From Marsupella aquatica (Eukaryota > Plantae > Marchantiophyta), in assembly GCA_973895155.1 (NCBI GenBank), contig OZ316893.1:16398645-16462644 (forward strand): a stretch of 64,000 nucleotides of DNA. The letters are read 5' to 3'. Below, piece by piece: positions 48,801-59,450 of the stretch (positions are counted from its first letter, which is position 1; each line of letters begins with the position of its first letter). The position numbers and the translations under genes were made by a program. Below the pieces are notes generated by a model. It was not told where the DNA came from, searched no databases, and saw only the letters and a list, made by a program, of their open reading frames with translations.

Positions 48801-51800
48801 AGCCGGGGGTATGCCCTGTGCACGTCATCTAGGAGAGCAGATGATGTGTGGATTCTTGATTGTGCTTGCTCTTTTCATATTTGTTACATTCGTGAGTTTT
48901 TCAGTTCTTACTCTGTTTCAAACGGTTCAGTTCTGATGGGAAATGATCACTCCTGTCAAATTGAGGGAATTGGGTCTGTGAAGATTCAAATGTTTGATGG
49001 CGCTGTGCGCACAGTATCCGGAGTCAGGTATGTACCTGGCATGCGTAAGAATCTGATTTCACTCGGTGTGTTGGATTCAAATGGTCATCAATGGAACGTT
49101 ATTGATGGTGAACTTCAAGTCAGGTCGGGAGAGACAGTGATTTTGAAGGGGAGTAGACAAAAGAATTTGTATGTGTTACAAGGCAATACTGTATGTGGAG
49201 AGGCCAATGTAACCAAGTCTCACGAGGAGATGACTCAACTGTGGCATTCACGGCTAGGCCACATGAGTGAGAAGGGTTTGGCTATCTTACGGAAGAATGG
49301 ACTCATTTCTGATTTGCAATCTTGTAAATTAGAGTTTTGTGAGCATTGCATTCTTGGAAAGCAGCATCGTCGTGCTTTTGGTGTTGGAACTCATCGTTCC
49401 AAAGCGGTTCTTGAGTACATACATAGTGACGTGTGGGGTCCATCCCCGACTCCCTCACACTCTGGAAAGTTGTACTATGTATCATTTATTGATGATTACT
49501 CAAGATTTGTGTGGATTTATTTCATGACGCATAAGTCTGATGTCTTGTCCATTTTTAAGAAGTGGAAGGCCCAGGTGGAGAATCAGACTGGAAACACGAT
49601 CAAGTGTTTGGATACAAGGGTGAAGAGTCTGAGGTCAGACAACGGCGGGGAGTACACTTCAATGGAATTTGAAGAGTACTGTTCAGAACAGGGGATAACT
49701 CGCCATCTCACCACAGTTTATACTCCGCAGCAGAATGGTGTCGCTGAGAGGCTCAATCGGACACTGTTGGAGCGGTCACGGAGTATGTTGAGCCAATCAG
49801 GTTTACCACAAGAATTTTGGGCAGAAGCTGTCAATACCGCAGCTTATTTGGTAAATCTTTCTCCTTCTAGTGCTATCAATTTCAAAACGCCGTTTGAGAT
49901 GCGCTATAAGCGGCAAGCAGACTATCATGGCTTGGTAATTTTTGGAAGTGATGCATATGCTCTCACACCAAAGCAGAATAGGACCAAGTTGGATCCTACC
50001 TCCAGGAAATGTGTTTTTCTTGGGTACCAGAGTGGTGTGAAAGCCTATAGGCTATGGGATCCTATTGCCTGTAAGCTCGTTGTCAGTAGGGATGTTTCCT
50101 TCAATGAATCCAGATTATTGAAGGAGGGAGAGAATACTCAGGTCTCCCGTACTGACAAAGGAAAATCTCCTATCCCGGATCTCGTTGAGGGGGAGATTGG
50201 TTATGAGGTGCATGACCGGAGAGAAGGAGTTGCTCCAATTATGGAGCTGGTTCCTGTGCCAGAGGAACCAGAGGAGTTTGTTGATGCTGGTGAGCAGCAA
50301 GTGGATGCTGTTGAGCTTCAAATTGTACCAGCACACGCAGATCAACCGGAGTCATCGGCTAGAAGAACATCTGGTCGCACTGTACGCGCTCCATCAAGGT
50401 ATGGACAGTGGGTTGATTCATCTCAACTGCAAGAGGATGATTTTACAGCTGATGATGAGGGTGATGCGTTAATTTTGGAAGAAGGAGAACCTTCTTCATT
50501 TCATGAGGCAAGTGCTTCAAAGGAGAAGCAGAAGTGGACTGCAGCAATGCAAACGGAGATGCAGTCACTAAAGGACAACAAAACTTGGGAGCTTGTTAAG
50601 CTGCCTAAGGGTCAGCAAGTGGTGGACAACAAGTGGATTTACAAGCTGAAGGATAATTCCATAGGAGGTGGATCGAAGGTCTACAAGGCTAGATTGGTAG
50701 CAAAGGGATTCACACAAGAGAAAGGTGTGGATTACAATGAGGTCTTCTCACCAGTTGCTAAGTACTCTACAATACGACTATTGTGTGTACTTGTTGTAAT
50801 GTTTGGTCTGCTCCTAGATCAGATGGATGTTGTCACAGCTTTCCTCTATGGCACATTGGAAGAGGTGATCTTCATGAGACAACCGCTAGGTTTTGTGAAG
50901 AGAGGACAGGAGGAATTGGTTTGCAGATTGCTGAAATCCTTGTATGGGTTGAAGCAGTCACCAAGACAGTGGAACAAGCGGTTTGACGATTGGATTCGGT
51001 CACAAGGTTTTCACAGAAGTGTATTTGACCCTTGTGTGTATTTGAAACCGGTGAAGAATGTTGTCTTTGGGTTTATTATTTTAGTACTTTATGTGGATGA
51101 CATGCTAATTGCAGCCAAGGATAGGTCTGAGATTGTTAAGCTCAAGGCACTGCTTAGTGCAGAGTTTAAGATGAAGGACTTAGGGCCAACTAAGAGGATT
51201 TTGGGTATGGAGATCACTAGGGACTTGGAGGCTGGCAAGCTATGGTTGACGCAGAGCAGTTATGCGAGGAAGGTAATTGCAAGGTTCAACATGGAGAATA
51301 GCAAGCCAGTAAGTACCCCGTTGGCTCCACACTTCAAGTTATCATCAGCGTTCTGTCCTACGGATGACATAGAGAAGGGGTTGATGTCAAAGGTTCCATA
51401 TGACAAGGCAGTGGGGAGTCTCATGTATTTGATGACTTGCACTAGACCTGATCTTGCCATGGCTATGGGCAAGGTGAGCAGGTACATGTCGAATCCAGGG
51501 AAGGTACACTGGGAAGCAGTGAAGTGGATTATCAGGTACTTGAAGGGTACCGTGGATCATGGTCTTTTATTTGATGCGAATGCAAAGAATGCTAGATCAT
51601 TGATTGGCTATGTAGATTCTGACTATGGACAAGATTTGGACCGAAGGAGATCAACAACAGGATACGTGTTCACACTTGGCGGTGGATGCATAAGTTGGAG
51701 GTCTACTTTGCAGAAGTGTATTGCTCAGTCTACTACAGAAGCGGAGTATGTTGCAGCTGCGGAAGCAGCAAAGGAAGCGATTTGGTTGGATAGACTTATC

Positions 51801-52073
51801 ACTGAAATGGGATTGCCACAGGGGAATGTGAAGCTCCATTGTGATAGTCAAAGTGCGCTCCACCTTGCTGTGAACCAGGTGATGGACAGCAGAGTGAAGC
51901 ACATTGACGTCAGGTACCATTTTATCAGGCAGGCTGTGTCTGATAATTTGTTTGAGCTAGTCAAGATTGATGGTAAACTCAACCCGGCTGACGCATTTAC
52001 CAAAGTGATTCCTTTGGAGAGTTTCTCTAGACACCGTGACGTATTGCAGGTTTTGCAATTGCATCACAAGTAG
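48801..52073 (+). CDS. pol: copia pol (PR-INT-RT-RNase H), in frame with gag after a single TGA
   Basis: WILDCACSFH, LWHSRLGH, HSDVWGP, RSDNGGEY, QNGVAER, YGLKQSPRQW, LYVDDML and NPADAFTK in an uninterrupted frame. Confidence 0.95.
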   Translation, partial: SRGYALCTSSRRADDVWILDCACSFHICYIREFFSSYSVSNGSVLMGNDHSCQIEGIGSVKIQMFDGAVRTVSGVRYVPGMRKNLISLGVLDSNGHQWNVIDGELQVRSGETVILKGSRQKNLYVLQGNTVCGEANVTKSHEEMTQLWHSRLGHMSEKGLAILRKNGLISDLQSCKLEFCEHCILGKQHRRAFGVGTHRSKAVLEYIHSDVWGPSPTPSHSGKLYYVSFIDDYSRFVWIYFMTHKSDVLSIFKKWKAQVENQTGNTIKCLDTRVKSLRSDNGGEYTSMEFEEYCSEQGITRHLTTVYTPQQNGVAERLNRTLLERSRSMLSQSGLPQEFWAEAVNTAAYLVNLSPSSAINFKTPFEMRYKRQADYHGLVIFGSDAYALTPKQNRTKLDPTSRKCVFLGYQSGVKAYRLWDPIACKLVVSRDVSFNESRLLKEGENTQVSRTDKGKSPIPDLVEGEIGYEVHDRREGVAPIMELVPVPEEPEEFVDAGEQQVDAVELQIVPAHADQPESSARRTSGRTVRAPSRYGQWVDSSQLQEDDFTADDEGDALILEEGEPSSFHEASASKEKQKWTAAMQTEMQSLKDNKTWELVKLPKGQQVVDNKWIYKLKDNSIGGGSKVYKARLVAKGFTQEKGVDYNEVFSPVAKYSTIRLLCVLVVMFGLLLDQMDVVTAFLYGTLEEVIFMRQPLGFVKRGQEELVCRLLKSLYGLKQSPRQWNKRFDDWIRSQGFHRSVFDPCVYLKPVKNVVFGFIILVLYVDDMLIAAKDRSEIVKLKALLSAEFKMKDLGPTKRILGMEITRDLEAGKLWLTQSSYARKVIARFNMENSKPVSTPLAPHFKLSSAFCPTDDIEKGLMSKVPYDKAVGSLMYLMTCTRPDLAMAMGKVSRYMSNPGKVHWEAVKWIIRYLKGTVDHGLLFDANAKNARSLIGYVDSDYGQDLDRRRSTTGYVFTLGGGCISWRSTLQKCIAQSTTEAEYVAAAEAAKEAIWLDRLITEMGLPQGNVKLHCDSQSALHLAVNQVMDSRVKHIDVRYHFIRQAVSDNLFELVKIDGKLNPADAFTKVIPLESFSRHRDVLQVLQLHHK

Positions 52074-52264
52074 AGTTTTCTTAAACATTCATTGTAATTA
52101 CTGATATATGCTCTTCCTCATTCCTATGTATTAGGCTACGGCTTAGTTCTGGTTTGCTCTAGTTAGAGAGGGAAACCGGTTTGGTTTCTGTCCAGAACTT
52201 CCCGCTGAGGGATCATATACATTGGCAGTATTACTCTCCCCTAGACCAGAGTCAAGGGGAAGAT

Positions 52265-52721
52265 TGTTGGGTATTTACTCTTACGTCTAGGTTAGGTATG
52301 GTGTGGTTGGTACAACAACGTGGGTTGGTACAACTACGTGGTTAGGTACAACTACGTGATTAGGTACAACTATGTGGTTAGGTACAACTACGTGATTAGG
52401 TACAACTATGTGGTTAGGTACAACTACGTGATTAGGTACAACTATGTGGTTAGGTACAACTAAGTTGCACACTATATCATAAGAGGCATGTATGCTTGGA
52501 GAGGTAGAACCAAGGCTCATTGTTATGGAGCCACTTGAGAGATAGGGAGAGCTTACACTGTGGAGACTCGGTATAGCCGACGGGCTTAGAGTTCAGTAAA
52601 GCTCTCTTGTGTGTTCCCGTGGACGTAGCCTCAAGGAGGTGAACCACGTATCTCTTGTGTCGACTATTGTGCGTTGGATGGTTCATGGGCTTGCCGTTGC
52701 GATCGTCGTCTATGCTCAACA
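52265..52721 (+). repeat. copia 3' LTR (457 bp)
   Basis: Direct repeat of 46185-46605 with two extra 18-bp units. Followed by TSD CTTAA. Confidence 0.97.
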
Positions 52722-54343
52722 CTTAACTGGTCAGGGAAGGGTGACTTCAAACTGACAGCTTCCATTCTTAAATCATTGACAGCATCGAAAAGACCATCAT
52801 CACTGCAACTAAGAAGAGATGTCAACTTATCAATGAGTTGCTGATTCGCTTCTGCTTTCGGAGGTGTGGAGGAGTTGGTCCTTAGGTTGACAGTTGTAAG
52901 AGCCAGTTCAGCAACATCGGCTGATTGCTCAGGAGAATCTCTGTCTTCTCCAGCTCCAGGTTGATCTCTCATATTAACTCTTGGTGAATACACCACGTTA
53001 TGCAGAGGGTGTCGAACCAGCTCTAAGTTATGAGCAGGTGTCCTATCTAATTCCATCTCAGCATCCACATTCTGATCATGAGAATCCAGGGGAACAGCAT
53101 CCACTGGTTCTTCCATACTTAGGTCTTCTTCAATGCCTAACTCAATCAGGAGCAGCCCTCTTTCCGTTTTCTCCTCTGGATATAAACAATCATAAGCATG
53201 ATAGAGTTGAGACAAATAAATCTGCAGATGAGTGGGTCTACCTGCCTTCATGGTCCTCACCTGATCCTTCATCACATTGAAAATTAGCAGGGCCCAATTC
53301 ACCTGGACAGATCCACTGTGTGCGGCTACAATTGTATTCACCAAAGCCACTGGACAGATGGTTGGCTTCTTCGGGTGTAAAATGGGTACTAGAAATTCCA
53401 GAAGCACTCTCAAATCTGGATAAATACACTGTGTTAAATTCCAGCCATTGGTGAGATTGCGAGTCCCCGAGAAGTAAGGTGTAGATAAATCTTTCTTCTT
53501 TGAATACAATCCTTCTCCTTCTAAAGGGCAGCGGAAGGCATAAGCAATTTGTTCCATAGTCCATAAGCTGGGTCAAGCTCGAATAGTCCGTCGAAATTCA
53601 GGAGCAAGCACTGACCCCTTTACAAAATCCTGCAAATATGTGTCGAGCTCTACTTCCCAAGGAACGGCAAGTAGATGCTCCAAACCTAGCTGCTGTAAGG
53701 AAGTTCGTAAATTTGCATAGCTATCGGGCGCTGGTGGAATTCGGGCGACTATGCTCTTAGGAATTGCCAGAGTGTCAACTCGGTACTGTTCATCAATGCC
53801 GAGGTTCGCCATAGCGCTCATCCGTTATGTTGAGTGCGCTAAGGAGTGGGGAAGCTGGTAGAATCAACAGAGGTGGCAGGAATTAAGTCAGGAGTGAGCG
53901 CCTGAAGTCTAATTTGCCTTTTCTTCAATTCGCGTTCGCCATCCCATTGCTAAGTCCCGTTGGAAGTAGCCGTAAGACGTCGCGATCATCGGTCGCCAAC
54001 TCGTAAGGCACAACTCGTAAAGCCCTAACTAGTAAGTCGTAACTAGCATACTCGTAACTAGTATACTGTCGCAACCCCGTAACTCGTAACTAGTAACTAG
54101 TAAACTCGTAACAGGAGTTTACTCGTTAACTTACTTTAAACTTGGGAACCGTAACTTGTAGACAGAATGCTATCTCCGTTATGTTATCAACAATTAGAGG
54201 TTAAACCCCATAAAAAATTTAAAAATTTTCAGTTTCTTCATGATTTTGGAAATACCCACTACTTACAGTATTTTTTAGGGGATGCCGCTGATAGTGTTTT
54301 CGGCATCAGTGAGACTGGAGCACGAGACCTATCCAACAGACCT

Positions 54344-56098
54344 GCATCTCTCTGGTCAGGATTAAGGAACAATCCGGGAGAAATGTATCCTCGGATTATT
54401 CAAAATCCGTCAGTACCTCCTAGGCCGAATGTGCAAAGATTTGCGGCATGCTATAATTGTGGTCAACCTGGTCATTTTGCTAGAGAATGCCCGAATGCAC
54501 GCAAACAAGGTGATGGACAACCAGCTCAGCTATGTATGGGATGCCGACAGGAGGGCCACCTGCTAGGACAATGTCCTACGTGGTTGGCAGGCATGGTCGC
54601 AAACCATAAGCTCTTGCCAGTCAAGGTCTTGCCACCAGGTACTACCCCCGGAGGAGTTCAAATCAACCACATCAAACTCGGATGGCAAACGGATGCCGAG
54701 GCAGAGTTCGGACCATCTGATGATGAGGCCGAGGCCCTATCAACCTTCTCAGAAGAGGATTTGGATCATGATTGCTATCGGGTCTCTACTCGATCTACTA
54801 GAAGGAAGGAAAGGTGGGATGGGCTGGCCAAAAATAAAGGGAAGGATAAGGAAGAAAGAATCGACTCTTCGTCAACATCAACAGAAGGGGAAGGAAAGGC
54901 GCCGGCAACACAGGTAAGCCATGAGCCCACCAGTGAGCCCAATCCTTCACAGGACAGCGACTTCAATCGGGATCACCCTAAGTTGTTCTACCCCTCTATT
55001 ACGGCTAGTGTTAAGGAACAATTGCGAGAATTAGAAACCCTGGAGAATACCGAAGCCATAGCCAAGGATGTGAAACGAGAAAAAGTGTTGTTTGCTTCAG
55101 AGGATCCAATGGCTGTGGAAACCAGCATGGAAAAACAGGCCGAAGCCAAGATAGAGACACCGCCAGAAGAGAAGCCGATAGTTCCCTATGACCTGGCTAA
55201 AGATGTGCTAGAATCTAGAGTCTCGGCAACCGTAGGTCAACTATTGAAAAATAGCCCGTACTTCCGGAAGCAGTTAAGAAAGGCGATTCTCAGCAAGCCG
55301 AGATTACCCAAGGTAGCAACCAAATCCGATGTGCTGATGATAGAAGAAGATCAAGGAGCCCCAGCATTACCATTAATGATTCAAGGAGAAATATTATTGC
55401 GAGTACCCATTGATGGAGGATCAGGGGTATGTATTATGATTGATTCAACAGCAAAAGGATGGGGTCTAACGCCGGAGATGACTGGAAGAGTGTTAAACAT
55501 GGCCAATGGGTATCAAGTCATTCCCACGGGAGTGTTAACCGGCATCAAAACGGAGATAGGAGGTATCTTCTTTAGCATTAACTATGTAGTAATGAAGCCG
55601 GTAAACCCTACGTCGTTCCGACTATTAATTGGCAGGCCATGGCTGTACCTAGCCAAGGTAATAGAGGATTGGGGTAAGAAGGAGTTCACCTTTGGGGCCC
55701 CATCTATCACGGTATCTTGGGACACCAAGGATGACCGTAGGAAAAGCATCAGGGAGATAGATGGGTACGACAGTGGACTGGAATCCGCCGATGAGGTACG
55801 TTGGCTAGAATGCCTCACTGACCTAACCGAAGAAAGTGTCTTTGGACCAGAGGTACCCCCCAGCGGATTATGGCAAGAACCTATGGAAGGTGACTTGGAG
55901 GAAGGTGAAGAAAAGGTCGAGGGCTGCTTTACCATAGAATCCACCTTTTTAGCTTCAATCCCGGAGGAAGCACCAAAGGTGGACCAATTGGATGAAACGG
56001 TTAAGTGGGGAGCTACAACAGGGACCGTGGATTTTCCTCAGGCGTTGTGGCAGAGCCGACAGGATCCACAACGCCGTCTATCCCCGGCAACAAATTAA
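54344..56098 (+). pseudogene. X element gag C-terminus (two CCHC knuckles) plus aspartic protease
   Basis: CYNCGQPGHFAREC, CMGCRQEGHLLGQC, IDGGSG and LLIGRPWL. Confidence 0.88.
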
Positions 56099-56209
56099 AT
56101 TACAAGGGGATCGTCTTACAAGCCGATCTCAAGGGCAGAGCAAATTGAGGCCCTACTAGAAGCCGGAAGAGCACGACGGCCTGACCCTCAGGAAGCAGGA
56201 ATAGATGAC

Positions 56210-59200
56210 ATGCACGGGAAGAATCCAAAACCGAGTCAGGAAGGGAAGCCAACAACTAAATCAAAACCGAGCAGAACGGCAAGGGAACAGTCTGTTGAGA
56301 ACCAAGGAGAAATTAAGTCAACCAACTCGGCTAGTACTGCCAAGATTCCAGTCTATGGAGGTATGAGACTGGAAAGGCTGGAAGCCGAGCTGGACCCGAA
56401 TTTGAAGAAGCAGATTAATATGATCCAAGCATGGCAATACCGGAAGCTTGACTTAGGAGAAGGAAGGGAACTGAACTTAGGGAGGGACCTAACACCTGAG
56501 CTCGAGAAGGAGATCAGTGAATTACTAATTGAATTTCAGGATGTCTTCGCATGGAGTCACCAAGATCTGAAGGGAGTAGACCCAAAACTAGGAGAACACC
56601 GAATTGATCTCATGTTAGGGGCCAAATCATTTCGACAACCGATTCGACGGATGAACCCTAAGTATTCCCTGATGGTAAAAACTGAAATCGACAAGCTAGT
56701 AGAAGCCAGATTCATCACTCCAGTCCTACACTCAGACTGGGTGTCTCCAATTGTGATAGTTCCCAAGAAAGCTGGACCCGATGGTAAACCAAAGATCCGG
56801 GTTTGTCAGGATTATAGAAAGTTGAATGAGGCTACGTTAAAAGACCATTTTCCTTTACCCTTTACTGATATGGTACTAGACATGGTAGCCAGTCATGAAC
56901 TATACTCATTCATGGATGGATACTCTGGTTATAACCAAATCAGGATTAGGCAGGAGGACCAAATCAAGACGGCCTTCATCACGGAATGGGGGATCTATGT
57001 CTTCAATCGTATGCCGTTTGGACTCTGTAACGCACCAGCAATGTTCCAACGATTAATGGTGAACATTTTCCACGACTACTTGAGAAAATTCATGGAAATC
57101 TTCATTGATGACTTTGCAGTGTTTGGGAAGGCATCAAAACATGCTAAATACCTCAGGAAAACCTTCATGAGATGCAGAGAGGTAGGTCTCAAGTTACACC
57201 CCGATAAATGTTTCTTTGGAGTAACAGAGGGTGTGCTACTAGGTCACAAGGTATCAAAGAAGGGCATTGAGATTGATAAAGGTAAGCTAGCAGTATGGCT
57301 AGATATCATGCAACCTAAGAACATAAAGGATGTGAGATCCTTCTTGGGGTGCATTGGCTATTATCGCCGGTTCATCAAGGACTTTGCCAAACTAGCTTTA
57401 CCGTTAACCAACATGCTCAAAGTAGGTGCAGACTTTGAACCCACACCAGAACGAGTAACAACAGTACTAGAATTAAAGCAAATGTTAGTAGAGGCCCCAG
57501 TCATGATAGCACCAGACTGGAACAAAGATTTTCATGTCTTTGTAGATGTCTCAGGCTTCTGTATCGGCTTAGTACTAAGTCAGTTGGATGAGAAAGGAAG
57601 GGACCATCCCATATACTTTGCAAGCCGCCAACTTGCCGATGCCGAACGCAATTACTCCACCACAGAAAGAGAAGCATTAGGAGTCATTTATTCCTGTAAA
57701 AACTTTAGGCATTATTTACTGGGGTACAAAGTAATCTTTCATACCGATCATGAAAGTTTGAAGTACCTAGTAAATAAGCCGGACCTTACAGGCAGGGTAG
57801 CAAGATGGATTTTGCTATTACAGGAGTTTGACTACGAGCTAAAAATCAAGCCAGGAAAGCTACACGCCAATGCCGACTTCTTTTCAAGGATCACAGGTGA
57901 ACCTGCCACGGATTGCATCAATGATCGATTTCCCGACGAGGAGCTATTCGTTGTGGAAATAGCTGATACATGGTACCCTGAGATTTTACAATTTCTCAGC
58001 ACATCCAGATTACAGCCAGGGCTAAACAGAGAGCAAGCCGCAGTCTTTCTACGGAAGTCAGATAGTATCAGTGCATTAAGGGCATCCTACACAGGTATGG
58101 AATCAGCGGCACGATTCAAAGGTGTTTGGAAAAAGGAGAGGTAAAATGAGTCCTACCGGCTATGCATGGGGAGGAAGCCGGAGGACATTTTGCTCCAACA
58201 ACCACATCTAAAAAGATATTAAATTCCGGTTACTAGTGGCCCACCTTGCACAAGGATGTCTATCAGTTTATCAAACAATGCGACCCTTGTCAGCGAGCGG
58301 GAGGACCAAGGGCATCCACAAGACATCCACTGCACCCTATTCTACCTCTGGCACCATTTGAGAAATGGGGTATTGACTACATGGGACCTCTGAAACCATT
58401 GACCCATCCTCGAAAAAACAAGTACATAATCCTGGCCACGGATTATGCAACTAAGTGGGTAGAGGCCAGGCTGACAACGAAAGATGATGCAATTACTACG
58501 GCTTGATTCATGTATGAGCAGATCTTCACCAGGTATGGCGCACCCCTAGAATTAGTTAGTGATAGAGGAACCCATTTTCTGAATGATATAATTAGTCGTT
58601 TAAATGAGCAGTATTTAGTTAGACATAGGCCTACTACTCCCTACCACCCAAAGGCAAATGGGTTGACAGAACGAGCAAATGGAATTATAGGAAAGATATT
58701 GAACAAAACCATAGCTCAGAACAAACTTGATTGGGATGATAAATTGTTTGTTGTTGTTTTTGCTTACAATTTAGCCTATAAATCCACTACCGGTCATACA
58801 CCCTTTTTCTTAACCTTTGGACAGGAAGCCCTGGTACCCATGCAACTTGAGATTCCTACATTTCAAGTTACAATTGAGGAGAGAACCTCAAAGGAGGAAA
58901 GCCTAAAGGAGCGAGAATATAGGTTAGAAGCTTTTGAGGAGGCAAGAATGATTTCAGTCGAGAGAGTAGAATATAGACAGAATACTATGAAGCAACAATA
59001 TGATAAAAGGTTGAAACTAGTTAGTATTCACATAGGAGATCTTGTATTACTTTATGATAGTAGGTATAGTAGGTTTCCGAGGAAACTTTACACTTGCTGG
59101 TTAGGACCTTTCAGGGTATCAATGAAGTTCTCTAATGGCTCTGTGCAATTGGCCAACATTACTGGAGAGGTGTACCCAGTTTGCATCCATTACGACCGCC

Positions 59201-59280
59201 TCAAGAAATACTGTATGGACGAAGATGAAGTTGTTTGCGAGGACGCTTCACAATTAAGTGGGGAGCTATGTGATGCCTAG
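56210..59280 (+). pseudogene. X element RT-RNase H-integrase (non-chromovirus, Athila/OTA-like motifs), with a frameshift and stops in INT
   Basis: DYRKLN, DHFPLP, MDGYSGYNQI, FIDD, NADFFSR, INDRFPDEELF, GGHF, WGIDYMGP, SDRGTHF and GPF. No chromodomain and no extra RNase H is evident. Confidence 0.92.
59256..59268 (+). promoter_or_regulatory. Polypurine tract of the X element, lying within the integrase coding end
   Basis: AAGTGGGGAGCTA immediately precedes TGTGATGCC at 59269. Confidence 0.75.
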
Positions 59281-59450
59281 CCAGGAATCACTAGGCCAGT
59301 TAGGTGGGGAAAACAGAGGTGTACCCTATAAACACATTAGTATAGTAACAAAAACAAGGAAAATATAAACAATTAAGGGTGACTATGGAACCCGGGCCGA
59401 GGCCGGAGGTAAGGACGCCAGGGGACAGAACACGATTAGGGTTAGGGCGA
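59269..59450 (+). repeat. Start of the 3' LTR of the X element
   Basis: About 182 bp matching 33210 onward, with ~6 substitutions and 1 indel. Confidence 0.93.

Larger units (their letters stand above)
46185..52721 (+). mobile_element. Young, structurally intact Ty1/copia element (6,537 bp)
   Basis: LTRs 46185-46605 and 52265-52721 (TGTTG...CAACA), TSD CTTAA, PBS TGGTATCAGAGC (tRNA-iMet) at 46608, PPT just before 52265. The LTRs differ by two visible substitutions and a 36-bp repeat indel. Confidence 0.97.
44868..53821 (-). pseudogene. ~800-codon antisense ORF split by the copia insertion; N-terminal domain homologous to the X LTR-ORF
   Basis: 53821-53573, 53557-52724, 46181-45159 and 45143-44868 form one frame once 46185-52726 is removed (...PDQLS|PIRMTSPP...). 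There are two internal TGA stops. Confidence 0.85.
43640..54338 (-). mobile_element. Candidate second giant solo LTR (family Y, ~4,157 bp net of the nested copia) inserted in the X gag
   Basis: TGT at 43640 and ACA at 54338, flanked by GACCA / GACCT (4 of 5 match). Removing it gives an open gag linker ...EDELYTSHVRHVAEVRP|ASLWSGLRNN... running into the zinc knuckles. Confidence 0.5.
33210..59450 (+). mobile_element. Full-length (degenerate) family X Ty3/gypsy non-chromovirus element; its 3' LTR is interrupted at 59451
   Basis: 5' LTR 33210-42592, PBS, gag, PR-RT-RH-INT, PPT, then a second LTR from 59269. The two LTRs share diagnostic variants (TTAGGTGGGG, TATAAACACATTAG, GGGGACAGAAC) not seen together in the solo copies. 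Confidence 0.9.

Noticed and set aside
54167-54343. ATG at 54167 as the true start of the 643-aa gag-PR ORF
   Set aside because: The first ~59 codons are AT-rich, not gag-like, and lie within the putative inserted block. The true gag start is upstream near 42750.
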